This document shows positions 1 to 9,769 of a DNA stretch of 64,000 nucleotides, one piece after another; position 1 is the first letter of the stretch, and each line of letters starts with the position of its first letter. This DNA is from Candidatus Eiseniibacteriota bacterium. GTDB taxonomy: Bacteria; Eisenbacteria; RBG-16-71-46. The translations under genes were made by a program, and so were the position numbers. The notes beneath the pieces are model-generated. The model was not told the origin of the DNA, made no database searches, and worked only from the letters and a program-made list of their open reading frames with translations. The stretch is taken from NCBI GenBank assembly GCA_963744995.1, contig CAVUWA010000002.1, positions 1,172,079-1,236,078 on the forward strand, written 5' to 3'.

Positions 1-103
1 GCTCGGCGATGCGGGCTGAGCCGCCTGCCGGGCCCCCTCCGGCGTCTCGCGCCCGGCGGGGCCCGGGGCCGCTGCGCGTGGGGCGCGCGGGCCGGGTGAC
101 GTC

Positions 104-904
104 ATGACACGTCGTGTCGCACTCGCGGCAGCCGTGCTTCTGCTCGCGGGCGGCTGCGGCCGCGAAGCGATGCTCGATCGGTTTTCCTCGCCCGCGGACC
201 AGGCGGCCGCGCAGGCCTACATCGCGCTGCTGAGAAACGGAGACTTCGAGCCCATCGAGAGCGCGACCGACGTGTCGCTCCGGTCCGGTCTCCACGCGCA
301 GCTGGAGCGCATGGCAGCGATGATCCCGGAAGGGGAGCCCACCTCTGTGAAGGTCGTCGGGGCCCAGCAGTTCAGCGATGCGGATGGAACGATGGTCAAT
401 ACGACGTTCGAATACAGCTTCGGGGAGGCCTGGCTCCTCATCAACGTCGCGCTTCGCCGTGCCGGCACCGATACGACGATCGTCGGTTTCAACGTCGTTC
501 CGCAGCCGCGCTCCCTCGAGGCCCGAAACCGTTTCACCCTGGCCGGCAAGCAGCCGCTTCAATATGCGGTCCTCGGCGCCGCGGTGTCGGCCGTCGCGTT
601 GACGCTCTATGCGCTCGTCGTCTGCCTGCGGGCCCCGGGCCTCCGTCGCAGGTGGCTGTGGGTCGTGTTCGTCGTGACGGGCGTCGGCAGGTTGGGGGTG
701 AACTGGACCACGGGGCAATGGAGCGTCTTCCCGTTCACGCTGCAGCTGTTCAGCGCGTCGGCCTTCGCGCCGCTCTATGGCGCCTGGACCATCGCCGCGT
801 CGGTTCCCCTGGGAGCCATCGTGTTCCTCCTGTTCCGGCGGCGGTTGCTGCCGGCGGAAGCCGGTGGCCCGGTCGCGGCGCCGGAAGGCGACGGCGCGAA
901 GTGA
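104..904 (+). CDS. Hypothetical lipoprotein with C-terminal transmembrane helices
   Basis: Lipobox LLLAGGC; three hydrophobic segments in the C-terminal half. Confidence 0.6.
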   Translation: MTRRVALAAAVLLLAGGCGREAMLDRFSSPADQAAAQAYIALLRNGDFEPIESATDVSLRSGLHAQLERMAAMIPEGEPTSVKVVGAQQFSDADGTMVNTTFEYSFGEAWLLINVALRRAGTDTTIVGFNVVPQPRSLEARNRFTLAGKQPLQYAVLGAAVSAVALTLYALVVCLRAPGLRRRWLWVVFVVTGVGRLGVNWTTGQWSVFPFTLQLFSASAFAPLYGAWTIAASVPLGAIVFLLFRRRLLPAEAGGPVAAPEGDGAK

Positions 905-990
905 CCGCCGCCAGCAGGGGAGGCGAAGGGCCCGGGAACGATCGGCCCGCGGGCCGGAAGCCCGGCATGGCGCCCCGGGTCCGCACGCGG

Positions 991-1668
991 CTACGGTGAG
1001 GACAGCAGCGTCACGTCCGGCGCGGTGACCGTCGAGCCCGGCACCGGCACCGTGACGTTCTCGAACTGGTCGCCGAAACCCGGGGAACCGTAGAAGACCG
1101 TCCACGTCCCCGGCGGCACGCCGTCGAGCGCATAGGCGCCGCTGGTGTCGGTGACCGCGCACGCGCCGCCGATCCCGATCGCGCTGACGATGATGCCGTG
1201 ATGATCGGCGCGTCCGGCCAGGAGCGCGCGGCCCTCGATGCGCGAAGGCGCGTGCACGACCAGGCGCACCAGCACGGAGTCGGCGTCGTTGGCCGGATCC
1301 ATGATCAGGGCGTGGCCGCCGGCAACGCGGCCGTCCATGCCGCGGGTCGACAGGATCCAGGCCCCCGGGCGCAGCCGCAGCAGGGCCTCGCCGTCGGCGT
1401 CGGTATCGTCGTAGATCACGATCGCCAGGCCGTTGACGTCGAACAGCGAGGTCGCCACGAGCGCCGCCGACGACACGCCCGCGCCCAGCGAATCGGTGAC
1501 CGCGACGCCCACCGGGCGCGCCGGCGACAGCGAGACCGGAGGCGACGTGGGGGACTCGCTCGAGCACCCGAGCGCGAGCCATGCGAGGCCGCAGGTGAAC
1601 ACGGCGCCGAGCGCACACAGGCGCGGGCGCAAAGCCCGCGGGGGACGACTCCGTCGAGCGATGGACAT
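991..1668 (-). CDS. Lipoprotein with carboxypeptidase-regulatory-like Ig domains
   Basis: Lipobox WLALGC; TDTSGAYALDGVPPGTWTVFYGSPGF motif; start taken at MSIARR. Confidence 0.6.
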   Translation of the reverse strand: MSIARRSRPPRALRPRLCALGAVFTCGLAWLALGCSSESPTSPPVSLSPARPVGVAVTDSLGAGVSSAALVATSLFDVNGLAIVIYDDTDADGEALLRLRPGAWILSTRGMDGRVAGGHALIMDPANDADSVLVRLVVHAPSRIEGRALLAGRADHHGIIVSAIGIGGACAVTDTSGAYALDGVPPGTWTVFYGSPGFGDQFENVTVPVPGSTVTAPDVTLLSSP

Positions 1669-1804
1669 CGACTGATCATCGCAGCCTCCGGCGCGAATGT
1701 CACCTGCGCCCTTTGCCCGTGCCGCGTGCGGGAAACGCTTGGAGCACGAAGCGCCTTCGTAGAGAATCGCGACCCGAGCCCACTCGAACCCGAAGAGGAG
1801 CCCC

Positions 1805-2656
1805 ATGACGCCCGACCTGATTCGCACGGACGCGTACCCGATCGAACGCTGGAAGGCCGATGTCGCGGCCGGCTACGAGGGCGCGAAGCCGCTCGACGAT
1901 CCGGCCGTGCGCGGCGCGGTCGAGGGGGCGATGGCGGCGCTCGATGCGGGTGACCTGCGCGTCGCCGAGAAGGTGAACGGCGAGTGGATCACGCACGGCT
2001 GGCTGCAGGAGGCGATCGCGCTCTACTTCCGGCTGCGGATCTCGAAGACGATGGAGGTCGGGCCGTTCGAGTACCACGACAAGGTGCCGCTCAAGAAGGG
2101 TCTCGCGCGGGCCGGCGTGCGGGTCGTACCGCCCGGCGTGGCGCGCTACGGCTCGTTCCTCGAAAAGGGTGTGGTGCTGATGCCCGGCTACGTGAACGTC
2201 GGCGCACGCGTCGGCGAAGGCACCATGGTGGACACCTGGGCGACCGTGGGCTCGTGCGCGCAGGTGGGCAGGCGCGTGCATCTCTCGGGCGGGGTCGGCA
2301 TCGGCGGCGTGCTCGAGCCGCCGCAGAGTCAGCCGGTGATCGTCGAGGACGACTGCTTCGTGGGCTCGCGCGCGATCGTCGTGGAAGGCGTGTTGGTCGA
2401 GGAGGGCGCCGTGCTCGGCGCGGGGGTGGTGCTGACCGCCTCGACGCCGGTCGTCGACGTGCGCGGGATCAAGCCCCACACGAGCCGCGGCCGGATCCCG
2501 GCGCGCGCCGTGGTGATCCCCGGCACGCAGCCCAAGAAGTTCCCCGCGGGCGAGTTCGGCACGCCGTGCGCGCTGATCATCGGCGAGCGCAAGGCATCCA
2601 CCGACCGCAAGACCTCGCTCAACGAGGCGCTGCGCCAGTTCGGCGTGGCGGTGTAG
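1805..2656 (+). CDS. dapD: Tetrahydrodipicolinate N-succinyltransferase
   Basis: LDAGDLRVAEK, YHDKVPLK, MVDTWATVGSCAQVG, GIGGVLEP, TDRKTSLN motifs; SD GAGGAG. Confidence 0.95.
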   Translation: MTPDLIRTDAYPIERWKADVAAGYEGAKPLDDPAVRGAVEGAMAALDAGDLRVAEKVNGEWITHGWLQEAIALYFRLRISKTMEVGPFEYHDKVPLKKGLARAGVRVVPPGVARYGSFLEKGVVLMPGYVNVGARVGEGTMVDTWATVGSCAQVGRRVHLSGGVGIGGVLEPPQSQPVIVEDDCFVGSRAIVVEGVLVEEGAVLGAGVVLTASTPVVDVRGIKPHTSRGRIPARAVVIPGTQPKKFPAGEFGTPCALIIGERKASTDRKTSLNEALRQFGVAV

Positions 2657-2658
2657 GC

Positions 2659-3399
2659 GTGCGGGTCGCGGCGCTCTACGACATCCACGGCAACCTGCCG
2701 GCGCTCGAGGCCGTGCTCGCGGAGATCCGCGCCGCGGGCGTGGACCGGGTGGTGGTGGGCGGCGACGTGCTGCCGGGCCCGATGCCGGACGCGTGCCTCG
2801 ACGTGCTGGCCGGGCTCGACGTGCCCGTGGAATGCGTCCACGGCAACGGCGAGAGCGAGGTGCTCGCCGCCCATCGCGGCGAGCCGCTCGGCCGGACGCC
2901 GGAACGCATGCATCCGACGATCCGCTGGGTCGCCTCGCAGCTGTCGGCCGCCCACCTCGCGGCGATCGCGGGGTGGCCGCTGACCCGTTCGCTCGAGCTG
3001 CCCGGGATCGGTCCCACGCTGTTCTGCCACGCGACGCCGCGCAGCGACGTCGAAATCTTCACGTGCCTGACCCCGGAAGCGCGCCTCGCGCCGGTATTCG
3101 CCGCGGTGGGTGCGGCGCTGGTCGTGTGCGGCCACACCCACATGCCCTTCGACCGCACGGTCGGCGAGGTGCGCGTGGTCAATGCCGGCAGCGTCGGGAT
3201 GCCGTTCGGGCGCCCGGGCGCGGCGTGGCTGCTGCTCGCGGACGGCGAGGTCCAACCGCGCCGCACCGCATACGAACTGGACGCGGCCATGCGCCGCATT
3301 CGCGCCACCGCGTATCCGCCGGCGGCCGAGCTCGACCTCGCGGCGCCGCCTTCGACAGAGGCGATGCTCGAGCGCTTCGAGGCCGCTGCCCTGCGCTAG
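2659..3399 (+). CDS. Metallophosphoesterase (YfcE-like)
   Basis: DIHGN, GD, GNGE, CHATP, GHTH, NAGSVG motifs; GTG start just after the dapD stop. Confidence 0.9.
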   Translation: MRVAALYDIHGNLPALEAVLAEIRAAGVDRVVVGGDVLPGPMPDACLDVLAGLDVPVECVHGNGESEVLAAHRGEPLGRTPERMHPTIRWVASQLSAAHLAAIAGWPLTRSLELPGIGPTLFCHATPRSDVEIFTCLTPEARLAPVFAAVGAALVVCGHTHMPFDRTVGEVRVVNAGSVGMPFGRPGAAWLLLADGEVQPRRTAYELDAAMRRIRATAYPPAAELDLAAPPSTEAMLERFEAAALR

Positions 3400-3411
3400 G
3401 AGGGACTCCGA

Positions 3412-3954
3412 ATGCCCGCTCTCAGGGCCGCGCTGTTGCGCGGCGTCAACCTCGGCCCCTCGACGCGGGTGCCGATGGCCGAGCTGCGAGAGCTGTTCGA
3501 GAAGCTGGGCTACACGGAGGTGCGCACGCTGCTCAACAGCGGCAACGTCGTGTTCGCGACGCCGCGCCGGCCGCGCGGCGACGAGCGCGTCCGCATCGAG
3601 AAGGCGATCGCGGGGCGCTTCGGCGTGCGGAGCGCCGTCGTCCTGATGACCGCGGCCGAGGTCGCGGCCGCCGTCGACGGCGAGCCGTTCGGGCGCGCCG
3701 CACCCGATCCCAAGCGGCTGCTGGTCGTGGCGCTGCGGGAGGTGAAGGCGAAGTCGCTCGTCCGGGGCGTGCTGGCGGCCGACTGGTCGCCCGAGGCGAT
3801 CTCCGCGGGCAGGCGTGTGCTCTATCTGTGGTGTGCGGGCGGATTGAACCGGAGCCCGCTGTGGACGGCCGTCCTCAAGGCCCTCGGCGACGCGGGCACC
3901 GGGCGCAACCTCGCCACGATGCGCAAGCTGCGGGCGCTGCTGGAGCGGGCGTAG
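3412..3954 (+). CDS. DUF1697-type protein
   Basis: ALLRGVNLG, VRTLLNSGNVVF, TGRNLATMRKL. Confidence 0.85.
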   Translation: MPALRAALLRGVNLGPSTRVPMAELRELFEKLGYTEVRTLLNSGNVVFATPRRPRGDERVRIEKAIAGRFGVRSAVVLMTAAEVAAAVDGEPFGRAAPDPKRLLVVALREVKAKSLVRGVLAADWSPEAISAGRRVLYLWCAGGLNRSPLWTAVLKALGDAGTGRNLATMRKLRALLERA

Positions 3955-4291
3955 CCGCGCGTGGGGCCGGGGCGCTCTGCCTGGCGCGTCGGTGGCGGGC
4001 CCCGCGGCGCTGACGCGCACCGCGCTGCCCGCCCGGAGTGCGGTGCCCGGCGCGTTCGTGCCGTGGCGTTCGGCGCACGGTTCGTGCCGCGAATCCCGTC
4101 GCTGGTCGACGACCCTTCCGCGCCCGCGCGGGTGCGCTCGATCGCGGCGGCCGGCGCGGTCACGCTGGGGCTCCGGTTCGTCCCGGGCCGGGTCATCCGC
4201 GCACCGGCTGCGTTCCTGTGAACCGCACGCTACGCGGAGCGGGCAGGGAGGCGCCATGGCGCAGGGAGTCGCGGCGCCAGCGGGAGGGAAC

Positions 4292-5221
4292 GTGAGCAGG
4301 CTTCTGACCGTGGGATGGCTGCTGCTGTGCGCGGGCTGCGCGCCGGCGCACGAACGCGCCGCCGTCGGGCCGCCGTCGTTCGACTACTTCGGCCAGCGGC
4401 CGCCCGGCCTCGTGCCCGAGGTGTTCGCGCCGGGCGTGGTCTCGCGCGACGACCGCTACGAATACGTGATCGCGTTTTCGCCGGATGGGAACGAGTGCTG
4501 TTTCGGCGTCACCGACTCCGCGTGGTCCACCTGCACCCTCTACGATGCCCGGCGCGTGAACGGAACGTGGACGACCCCGGCGCCGGCGGCGTTTCAGGGT
4601 GACGGCGACGGCTGGCTGCCGTCGTTTTCGCCCGACGGGCGCCGGCTGATGTTCTCGTCCGGGCGCCCGGACATCATGCACGGCTCGAACGCCTACGTCT
4701 GCACGAAGGGGGCAGACGGCTGGAGCGCGCCCGTGCCGCTGGAGGCGCCGGTCAACTCGCCGGGTTACGACTGGCGGCCGCTCGAGACGCGGGACGGAAC
4801 GCTCTACTTCAGCTCCGATCGGCCGGCCGGTCTGGGGCAGATGGACCTCTATCGCGCGGCGCCCGCCGAACACGGCAGTCGCAACGTGGAGAATCTCGGC
4901 GCGCCGTTCAATACTGCGTCGATCGACGCGTCGCCGTGTCTGTCGCCGGACGGGCGCGTGATGACGCTCGAGAGCTGGCGTGCGGGCGGGTACGGCAAGG
5001 GCGACCTGTACGTGTGCTTCAGGCAGCCGGACGGCACCTGGTCCGAGCCGAAGAACCTCGGTCCGGCCTTCAACACCGAGGCCATCGAGGACGGCGGCTC
5101 GTTCTCGCCCGACGGCCGCTACTTCTTCTTCAATCGCCGGGCGGACTGGGAGACGGACGAGCAGACCGACCTCTACTGGGTCGACGCGCGTGCGCTGTTC
5201 GCGCCCGGCGACGTCCCGTGA
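4292..5221 (+). CDS. PD40/TolB-like beta-propeller lipoprotein
   Basis: Lipobox LLLCAGC; YFGQRPPG; repeated FSPDG, FSSDR, NLGPAFN; alternative start 4256. Confidence 0.85.
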   Translation: MSRLLTVGWLLLCAGCAPAHERAAVGPPSFDYFGQRPPGLVPEVFAPGVVSRDDRYEYVIAFSPDGNECCFGVTDSAWSTCTLYDARRVNGTWTTPAPAAFQGDGDGWLPSFSPDGRRLMFSSGRPDIMHGSNAYVCTKGADGWSAPVPLEAPVNSPGYDWRPLETRDGTLYFSSDRPAGLGQMDLYRAAPAEHGSRNVENLGAPFNTASIDASPCLSPDGRVMTLESWRAGGYGKGDLYVCFRQPDGTWSEPKNLGPAFNTEAIEDGGSFSPDGRYFFFNRRADWETDEQTDLYWVDARALFAPGDVP

Positions 5222-5700
5222 ACGGACGATTCGACCCCGCGGCCGCGACGTTCGGCGAGCGCGAGCGCGGCATCGCCTGCCGCGTGCGTCCCGCCGCCTG
5301 CGCCATCGTGTTCGACGTGGCAGGACGCGTTGCCTGCGTCGACGTGGACTCGGGGCTGTTCCTGCCGGGCGGCGGACTCGCGCCCGGCGAGGATCCCGCA
5401 GCGGCCGTGCGCCGCGAAGTCGCCGAGGAGTGCGCGCGGGCGCTGGAGATCGTGGCCCGTTCGGACGCGCGGTGCAGTTCTTCCGCACCGCGCACGGCGA
5501 GGCCTTCGAGCTGCGTGCGGCGTTCTTCCTCGGCCGCTTCGGGTGCCGCGCTCGACCGCGAACCGCAGCATTCCGTAAGCTGGCATCCGCCGAGCCCCGT
5601 GCCGCCGCTCTACCATGCATGCCATCGCTGGGCGGTGCGCCGGGCGCGGCAAGCCGCCGCGCGCGGATCGCTCACGGCGCGGCGGGGCCGCACGATGTGA
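5218..5700 (+). pseudogene. NUDIX hydrolase with apparent compensating frameshifts (~5455, ~5543)
   Basis: Nudix box PGGGLAPGEDPAAAVRREVAEE; plausible continuation GRAVQFF...FFLGRFG lies in another frame. Confidence 0.65.
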
Positions 5701-5845
5701 AGGGAGCGCGCGCGAGCGGATCCGGCGGCAAGCTCGGCCTCAACGCCACCCGGGCGATGGCCGCGGGCGGCATGGTCGGCGGCGGGATCTTCTCGACGCT
5801 CGGTGTCGTGGTCGGCATCGCCGGCCGCTGGGTGCCGCTGGCTGA
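5697..5845 (+). pseudogene. N-terminal fragment of an APC amino-acid permease
   Basis: KLGLNATRAMAAGGMVGGGIFSTLG is an APC TM1 signature; rest of gene absent. Confidence 0.65.
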
Positions 5846-5873
5846 TCGCACGCGGCGAGATGAAGGGGGCCTG

Positions 5874-6431
5874 ATGCGCGAACGCTCGATCGTCGCCTCG
5901 ATCGAAGGCGAATATCGCCGCTACCGGAATCTCGCCGAGGGCGCGATGGCGCAGCTCTCGGAGGCGCAGCTTGGTGAGTCCACGGGCGCCGAGGGGAATT
6001 CGATCGCGACGCTGGTCCGGCACATGGCCGGCAATCTCGAATCGCGTTTCACCGGCTTTCTCGAATCCGACGGCGAGAAGCCATGGCGCGACCGCGAAGG
6101 CGAGTTCCAGACGCGCGAGGTGCCGCGCGCAGCACTGCTCGCGCGCTGGAACGCCGGCTGGCAGGTGCTGTTCGATGCCCTGGCGGCGCTCGACGACGCC
6201 GACCTGCAGCGCATCGTGACGATTCGCGGCGTGCCGCACGCCGTGCACGAGGCGCTGCACCGCTCGCTCGCGCACGCGAGCTATCACGTCGGGCAGATCG
6301 TGTTCATGGCGAAGGCGATGAAGGGCCCGGGCTGGCGCTACCTGAGCATCCCGCCGGGGGGGACCGCGGCGTACAACCGGCGCCCGGAAAAGGAAAAGCC
6401 GCCCTCGACCCGCGAGCCGGGCGCGTCGTGA
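5874..6431 (+). CDS. DinB-superfamily (DUF1572-like) protein
   Basis: NSIATLVRHMAGNL, DGEKPWRDREGEF, HASYHVGQI, LSIPPG. Confidence 0.85.
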   Translation: MRERSIVASIEGEYRRYRNLAEGAMAQLSEAQLGESTGAEGNSIATLVRHMAGNLESRFTGFLESDGEKPWRDREGEFQTREVPRAALLARWNAGWQVLFDALAALDDADLQRIVTIRGVPHAVHEALHRSLAHASYHVGQIVFMAKAMKGPGWRYLSIPPGGTAAYNRRPEKEKPPSTREPGAS

Positions 6432-6461
6432 GAGCGCGTGAGGCCCGGCGGGCGGCTCCAC

Positions 6462-6977
6462 GTGGATGAACGCGTGCGCAGCGTCTTTCTGGGGACGTCC
6501 GGACTCGCGATCGTGCTGGCCGTCGCGGTGGGGCTGGCGCTCGCCCGCCCTGCAGGGTCGGGGGATCCGGACGCACGCCGCCGGGCGCGATTCGCCGCCT
6601 GGCTGGCGATCGGGATCCAGGGCGCGCACTTCGTCGAAGAGCTGCTGTCCGGATTCCGGATCTGGTTTCCGGAGCAGCTCGGCCTCGCGCCGTGGTCCGC
6701 GGCGTTCTTCGTCGGCTTCAACGTGAGCTGGCTCGCGATCTGGATCCTGGCCGTGCTCGCCGCCGGCCGCATGCGGCTCGCGGTGGACGCCGCGCTGCTC
6801 TTCCTCGCGATGGCGTCGATGGTGAACGGCATCGCCCATCCGCTGCTGGCGCTGCGGGAGGGCGCGTATGTGCCCGGCCTGGTCACGGCGCCGTTCGCGG
6901 GGGCGGCGGGGTGGCTGCTCTGGCGCGCACGCTGGGCGCTGCGCAAGCCGTCCGTGCCGGTGCCGGGAGTCCGGTGA
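6462..6977 (+). CDS. HXXEE-domain membrane protein
   Basis: HFVEE, NGIAH, YVPGLVTA; multiple TM helices; start uncertain (6438 or 6462). Confidence 0.75.
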   Translation: MDERVRSVFLGTSGLAIVLAVAVGLALARPAGSGDPDARRRARFAAWLAIGIQGAHFVEELLSGFRIWFPEQLGLAPWSAAFFVGFNVSWLAIWILAVLAAGRMRLAVDAALLFLAMASMVNGIAHPLLALREGAYVPGLVTAPFAGAAGWLLWRARWALRKPSVPVPGVR

Positions 6978-6990
6978 GCACGCCGCCGCG

Positions 6991-7140
6991 TCAGCGGTGA
7001 TGGCGGTTCTTCAACCGGCCTCAGCTCGACGGCCGGACGGGAAGGACGAAGGCGTCGTCGAGCTCCCCCGTCGCGCAGACGCCGTATCCGTCGGGAACGG
7101 TCTGCGGCGGCAACAGCCCGCCGGGGAGATGCATCTTGCC
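6991..7140 (-). pseudogene. Remnant C-terminus of an xWGxxK-tag protein
   Basis: Minus frame reads LPVRPSS*GRLKNRHHR*, with TGA at the conserved Trp position. Confidence 0.55.
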
Positions 7141-7153
7141 GTCGTCCTCCCGC

Positions 7154-7182
7154 TTGACCCTCCTCGCACCCCCTCCTAGACT
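7154..7182 (+). promoter_or_regulatory. Sigma70-type promoter of the fol/pan operon
   Basis: TTGACC-N17-TAGACT. Confidence 0.65.
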
Positions 7183-7260
7183 CCAGCCGCGTTTCGGGTT
7201 GGACGCGCGCGCGGCGGTCGGCCGAGGGGTCGCCCGCCTTTCCACTTGGGAGGCAACGCG

Positions 7261-7725
7261 TTGGCGATCATCCGCCTCGAGGGTCTGTCCCTGTTCGGCC
7301 ATCACGGTGCCCGGCCTTTCGAAAAGGAGGCCGGGCAGCGCATCGACATCGATCTCGAGCTGGTCTCGCTCGACGATCGCGCCGAGACCAGCGACCGGCT
7401 GGCCGACGCGGTGGACTACGACCAGCTGAACCGCACGGTTCGCGAGGTGGTGGAGGGGCAGAGTTTCCACCTGCTCGAGGCGCTCGGCGCGGCCGTGGCG
7501 GCGGCGGTGCTCGCGCGCTTCCCGGTGCGGCGCGTGCACGTGCGGCTCGCCAAGCAGAACCTGGGCTGGACCACGGGCGGCCGCGCGGTGATCGAGATCA
7601 CGCGCGAGCGGTCCGAACGCGAGGTCGCCACGCTCGTCCGCCGCCGCCGCGCGAAACCGAAGGCGGCGCGGAAGAAGGCCGCGAAGCAGGCGCCGCGGCG
7701 CGCGGCGCGAAGGCGGATCCGATGA
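7261..7725 (+). CDS. folB: Dihydroneopterin aldolase with basic C-terminal tail
   Basis: FGHHG, GQRIDIDL, DAVDY, FHLLEAL; TTG start after GGGAGG. Confidence 0.9.
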   Translation: MAIIRLEGLSLFGHHGARPFEKEAGQRIDIDLELVSLDDRAETSDRLADAVDYDQLNRTVREVVEGQSFHLLEALGAAVAAAVLARFPVRRVHVRLAKQNLGWTTGGRAVIEITRERSEREVATLVRRRRAKPKAARKKAAKQAPRRAARRRIR

Positions 7726-8216
7726 AGGCGTACGTGGGGCTCGGCTCGAATCTCGGCGACCGCGAGGCGATGATCCGTATCGCGCTCGACGATCTGGCGC
7801 GCGTGCCGGGCACCCGGGTGCTGCGCGCCTCGTCGCTCTACGATACCGAGCCGGTGGGCGACGAGGAGCAGCCGCACTTCCTGAACGCGGTCGCCGAGAT
7901 CGACACCGAGCTCACCGCGCGGCAGCTGCTCTGGAACCTGCTGCTGATCGAGAAGCGGCTCGGCCGCGTGCGTACGCACCGCTACGGGCCGCGCACGATC
8001 GATCTCGATCTGCTGACCTACGGCCACCTGGTGATCGACGAGCCGGATCTGCAGGTGCCGCATCCGGAGATGGCGAAGCGCTCGTTCGTGCTCGTTCCGC
8101 TGCTCGAGATCGATCCGCTCGCCACGCATCCGGTGACCGGGGAGCCGCTGGTGACGCTGCTCGAGAAGATCTCGACGCGCCCACCGACGCGCCGCGGGTC
8201 GCGGCTCTGGAACTAG
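7722..8216 (+). CDS. folK: 6-hydroxymethyl-7,8-dihydropterin pyrophosphokinase
   Basis: YVGLGSNLGDR, FLNAVA, GPRTIDLDLL, PHPEM. Confidence 0.95.
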   Translation: MKAYVGLGSNLGDREAMIRIALDDLARVPGTRVLRASSLYDTEPVGDEEQPHFLNAVAEIDTELTARQLLWNLLLIEKRLGRVRTHRYGPRTIDLDLLTYGHLVIDEPDLQVPHPEMAKRSFVLVPLLEIDPLATHPVTGEPLVTLLEKISTRPPTRRGSRLWN

Positions 8217-8217
8217 G

Positions 8218-8868
8218 ATGCCCGACAACCGCTACGTCGTCGTCGAGGGCGTGATCGGGGTCGGCAAGACCAGCCTGGCGAAGATGCTCACCGAGCGGCT
8301 GCAGGCGAAGCTCGTGCTCGAGGAGGTCGAAGAGAACCCGTTTCTCAAGGACTTCTATCGTGATCGCGAGCGCTTCGCGTTTCAGACGCAGATGCACTTC
8401 CTGTTCTCGCGCTACCAGCAGCAGCGTTCGCTCGGACAGCAGGAACTGTTCTCGGATCGCACGATCAGCGACTATCTGTTCCAGAAGGACCGCATCTTCG
8501 CCGGCCTCACGCTGTCGGATCGCGAGCTGGCGCTGTACGAGCGCCTGGTCGCCTGGCTGGAGCTGGACGTGGTGAAGCCGGATGTGGTGGTGTATCTGCA
8601 GGCGAAGACCGACACGCTCATGGACCGCATCACCCGCCGGGCGCGGCCGTTCGAGAAAGACATGGACCGTGCCTACATCGAGCAGCTCAACGAGGCCTAC
8701 AATCACTTCTTCTTCCACTACACGGAGGCGCCGCTGCTGGTGGTCAACACGAACGGCATCGACTTCGTGAAGAATCCGGAAGATTTCGAGGACCTGCGCA
8801 AGCGGATCGTGTCGCACCGTGAAGGCACGGTGTACTACACGCCGCTGGAACGGGGGCGAGCCACATGA
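8218..8868 (+). CDS. Deoxynucleoside kinase
   Basis: EGVIGVGKTS, ENPFL, FQTQMHFLFSRY. Confidence 0.9.
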   Translation: MPDNRYVVVEGVIGVGKTSLAKMLTERLQAKLVLEEVEENPFLKDFYRDRERFAFQTQMHFLFSRYQQQRSLGQQELFSDRTISDYLFQKDRIFAGLTLSDRELALYERLVAWLELDVVKPDVVVYLQAKTDTLMDRITRRARPFEKDMDRAYIEQLNEAYNHFFFHYTEAPLLVVNTNGIDFVKNPEDFEDLRKRIVSHREGTVYYTPLERGRAT

Positions 8869-9701
8869 GCAGCCAGTCCACGGTCGGCGCGCGCAAGAAT
8901 CCGCGCGCGAAGGTCACCGCGCCCATGGTGATCGACATGAAGCGCAAGGGCGAGCGGATCGCGGTGCTCACGGCGTACGACTACCCGATGGCGGTGCTGG
9001 CCGACGAGGCGGGCGCGGAAATCATCCTCGTCGGCGACAGCCTCGGCACGGTGGTGCTCGGTTACGAGAGCACGCTGCCGGTGACGCTCGATGACATGCT
9101 GCACCACGTGAAGCCGGTCGTGCGCGCGAAGACGGCGGCGATGGTGGTCGGCGACATGCCGTTCATGTCCTACCAGGTGAGCGTCGAGCAGGCGGTCCAG
9201 ACCGCCGGCCGGCTGATCCAGGAAGGCGGCGCCGACGCGGTGAAGCTGGAGGGCGGCGAACGGGTCGCGCCCGCGATCCGGCGGATCGTGGAGATCGGCA
9301 TTCCGGTGATGGGCCATCTGGGCCTCACGCCGCAGTCGGTGCTGGGGATGGGCGGCTACCGCGTGCAGGGTCGCGGCGAGGCCGATCAGGAGCGGCTGAT
9401 GCGCGAGGCGCAGCTGCTCGAGGCGGCCGGCTGCTTCGCGATCGTGCTCGAGAGCATCCCGGCCCGCCTCGGCGCGTCGGTGAGCGCGGCGCTGCGGATC
9501 CCGACGATCGGCATCGGCGCGGGCGTCGATTGCGACGGCCAGGTGCTGGTGAGCTACGACCTGCTCGGGCTCTACCTGGGCCGCACGGCGAAGTTCGTGC
9601 GGAAGTACGCCGATCTCGCCGAACAGACCCGCGACGCGTTCGGCCGCTACGTAGCCGACGTCAAAGCACGGCGTTTCCCCGACGAGAAGGAAACCTATTG
9701 A
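8865..9701 (+). CDS. panB: 3-methyl-2-oxobutanoate hydroxymethyltransferase
   Basis: TAYDY, LVGDSLG, DMPFMSY, VKLEGG, HLGLTPQS, GQVLV. Confidence 0.97.
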   Translation: MSSQSTVGARKNPRAKVTAPMVIDMKRKGERIAVLTAYDYPMAVLADEAGAEIILVGDSLGTVVLGYESTLPVTLDDMLHHVKPVVRAKTAAMVVGDMPFMSYQVSVEQAVQTAGRLIQEGGADAVKLEGGERVAPAIRRIVEIGIPVMGHLGLTPQSVLGMGGYRVQGRGEADQERLMREAQLLEAAGCFAIVLESIPARLGASVSAALRIPTIGIGAGVDCDGQVLVSYDLLGLYLGRTAKFVRKYADLAEQTRDAFGRYVADVKARRFPDEKETY

Positions 9702-9769
9702 GCGCCCGGCGCGACACGTCCCGCTCGGGCGCCGCCGGGCGCCCGGCCGCGGTGCGGCGGCGGCGGATC

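Noticed and set aside
7021..7023. TGA recoded as Trp or Sec
   Set aside because: TGA is a normal stop across the window; a single mutation in a relic is simpler
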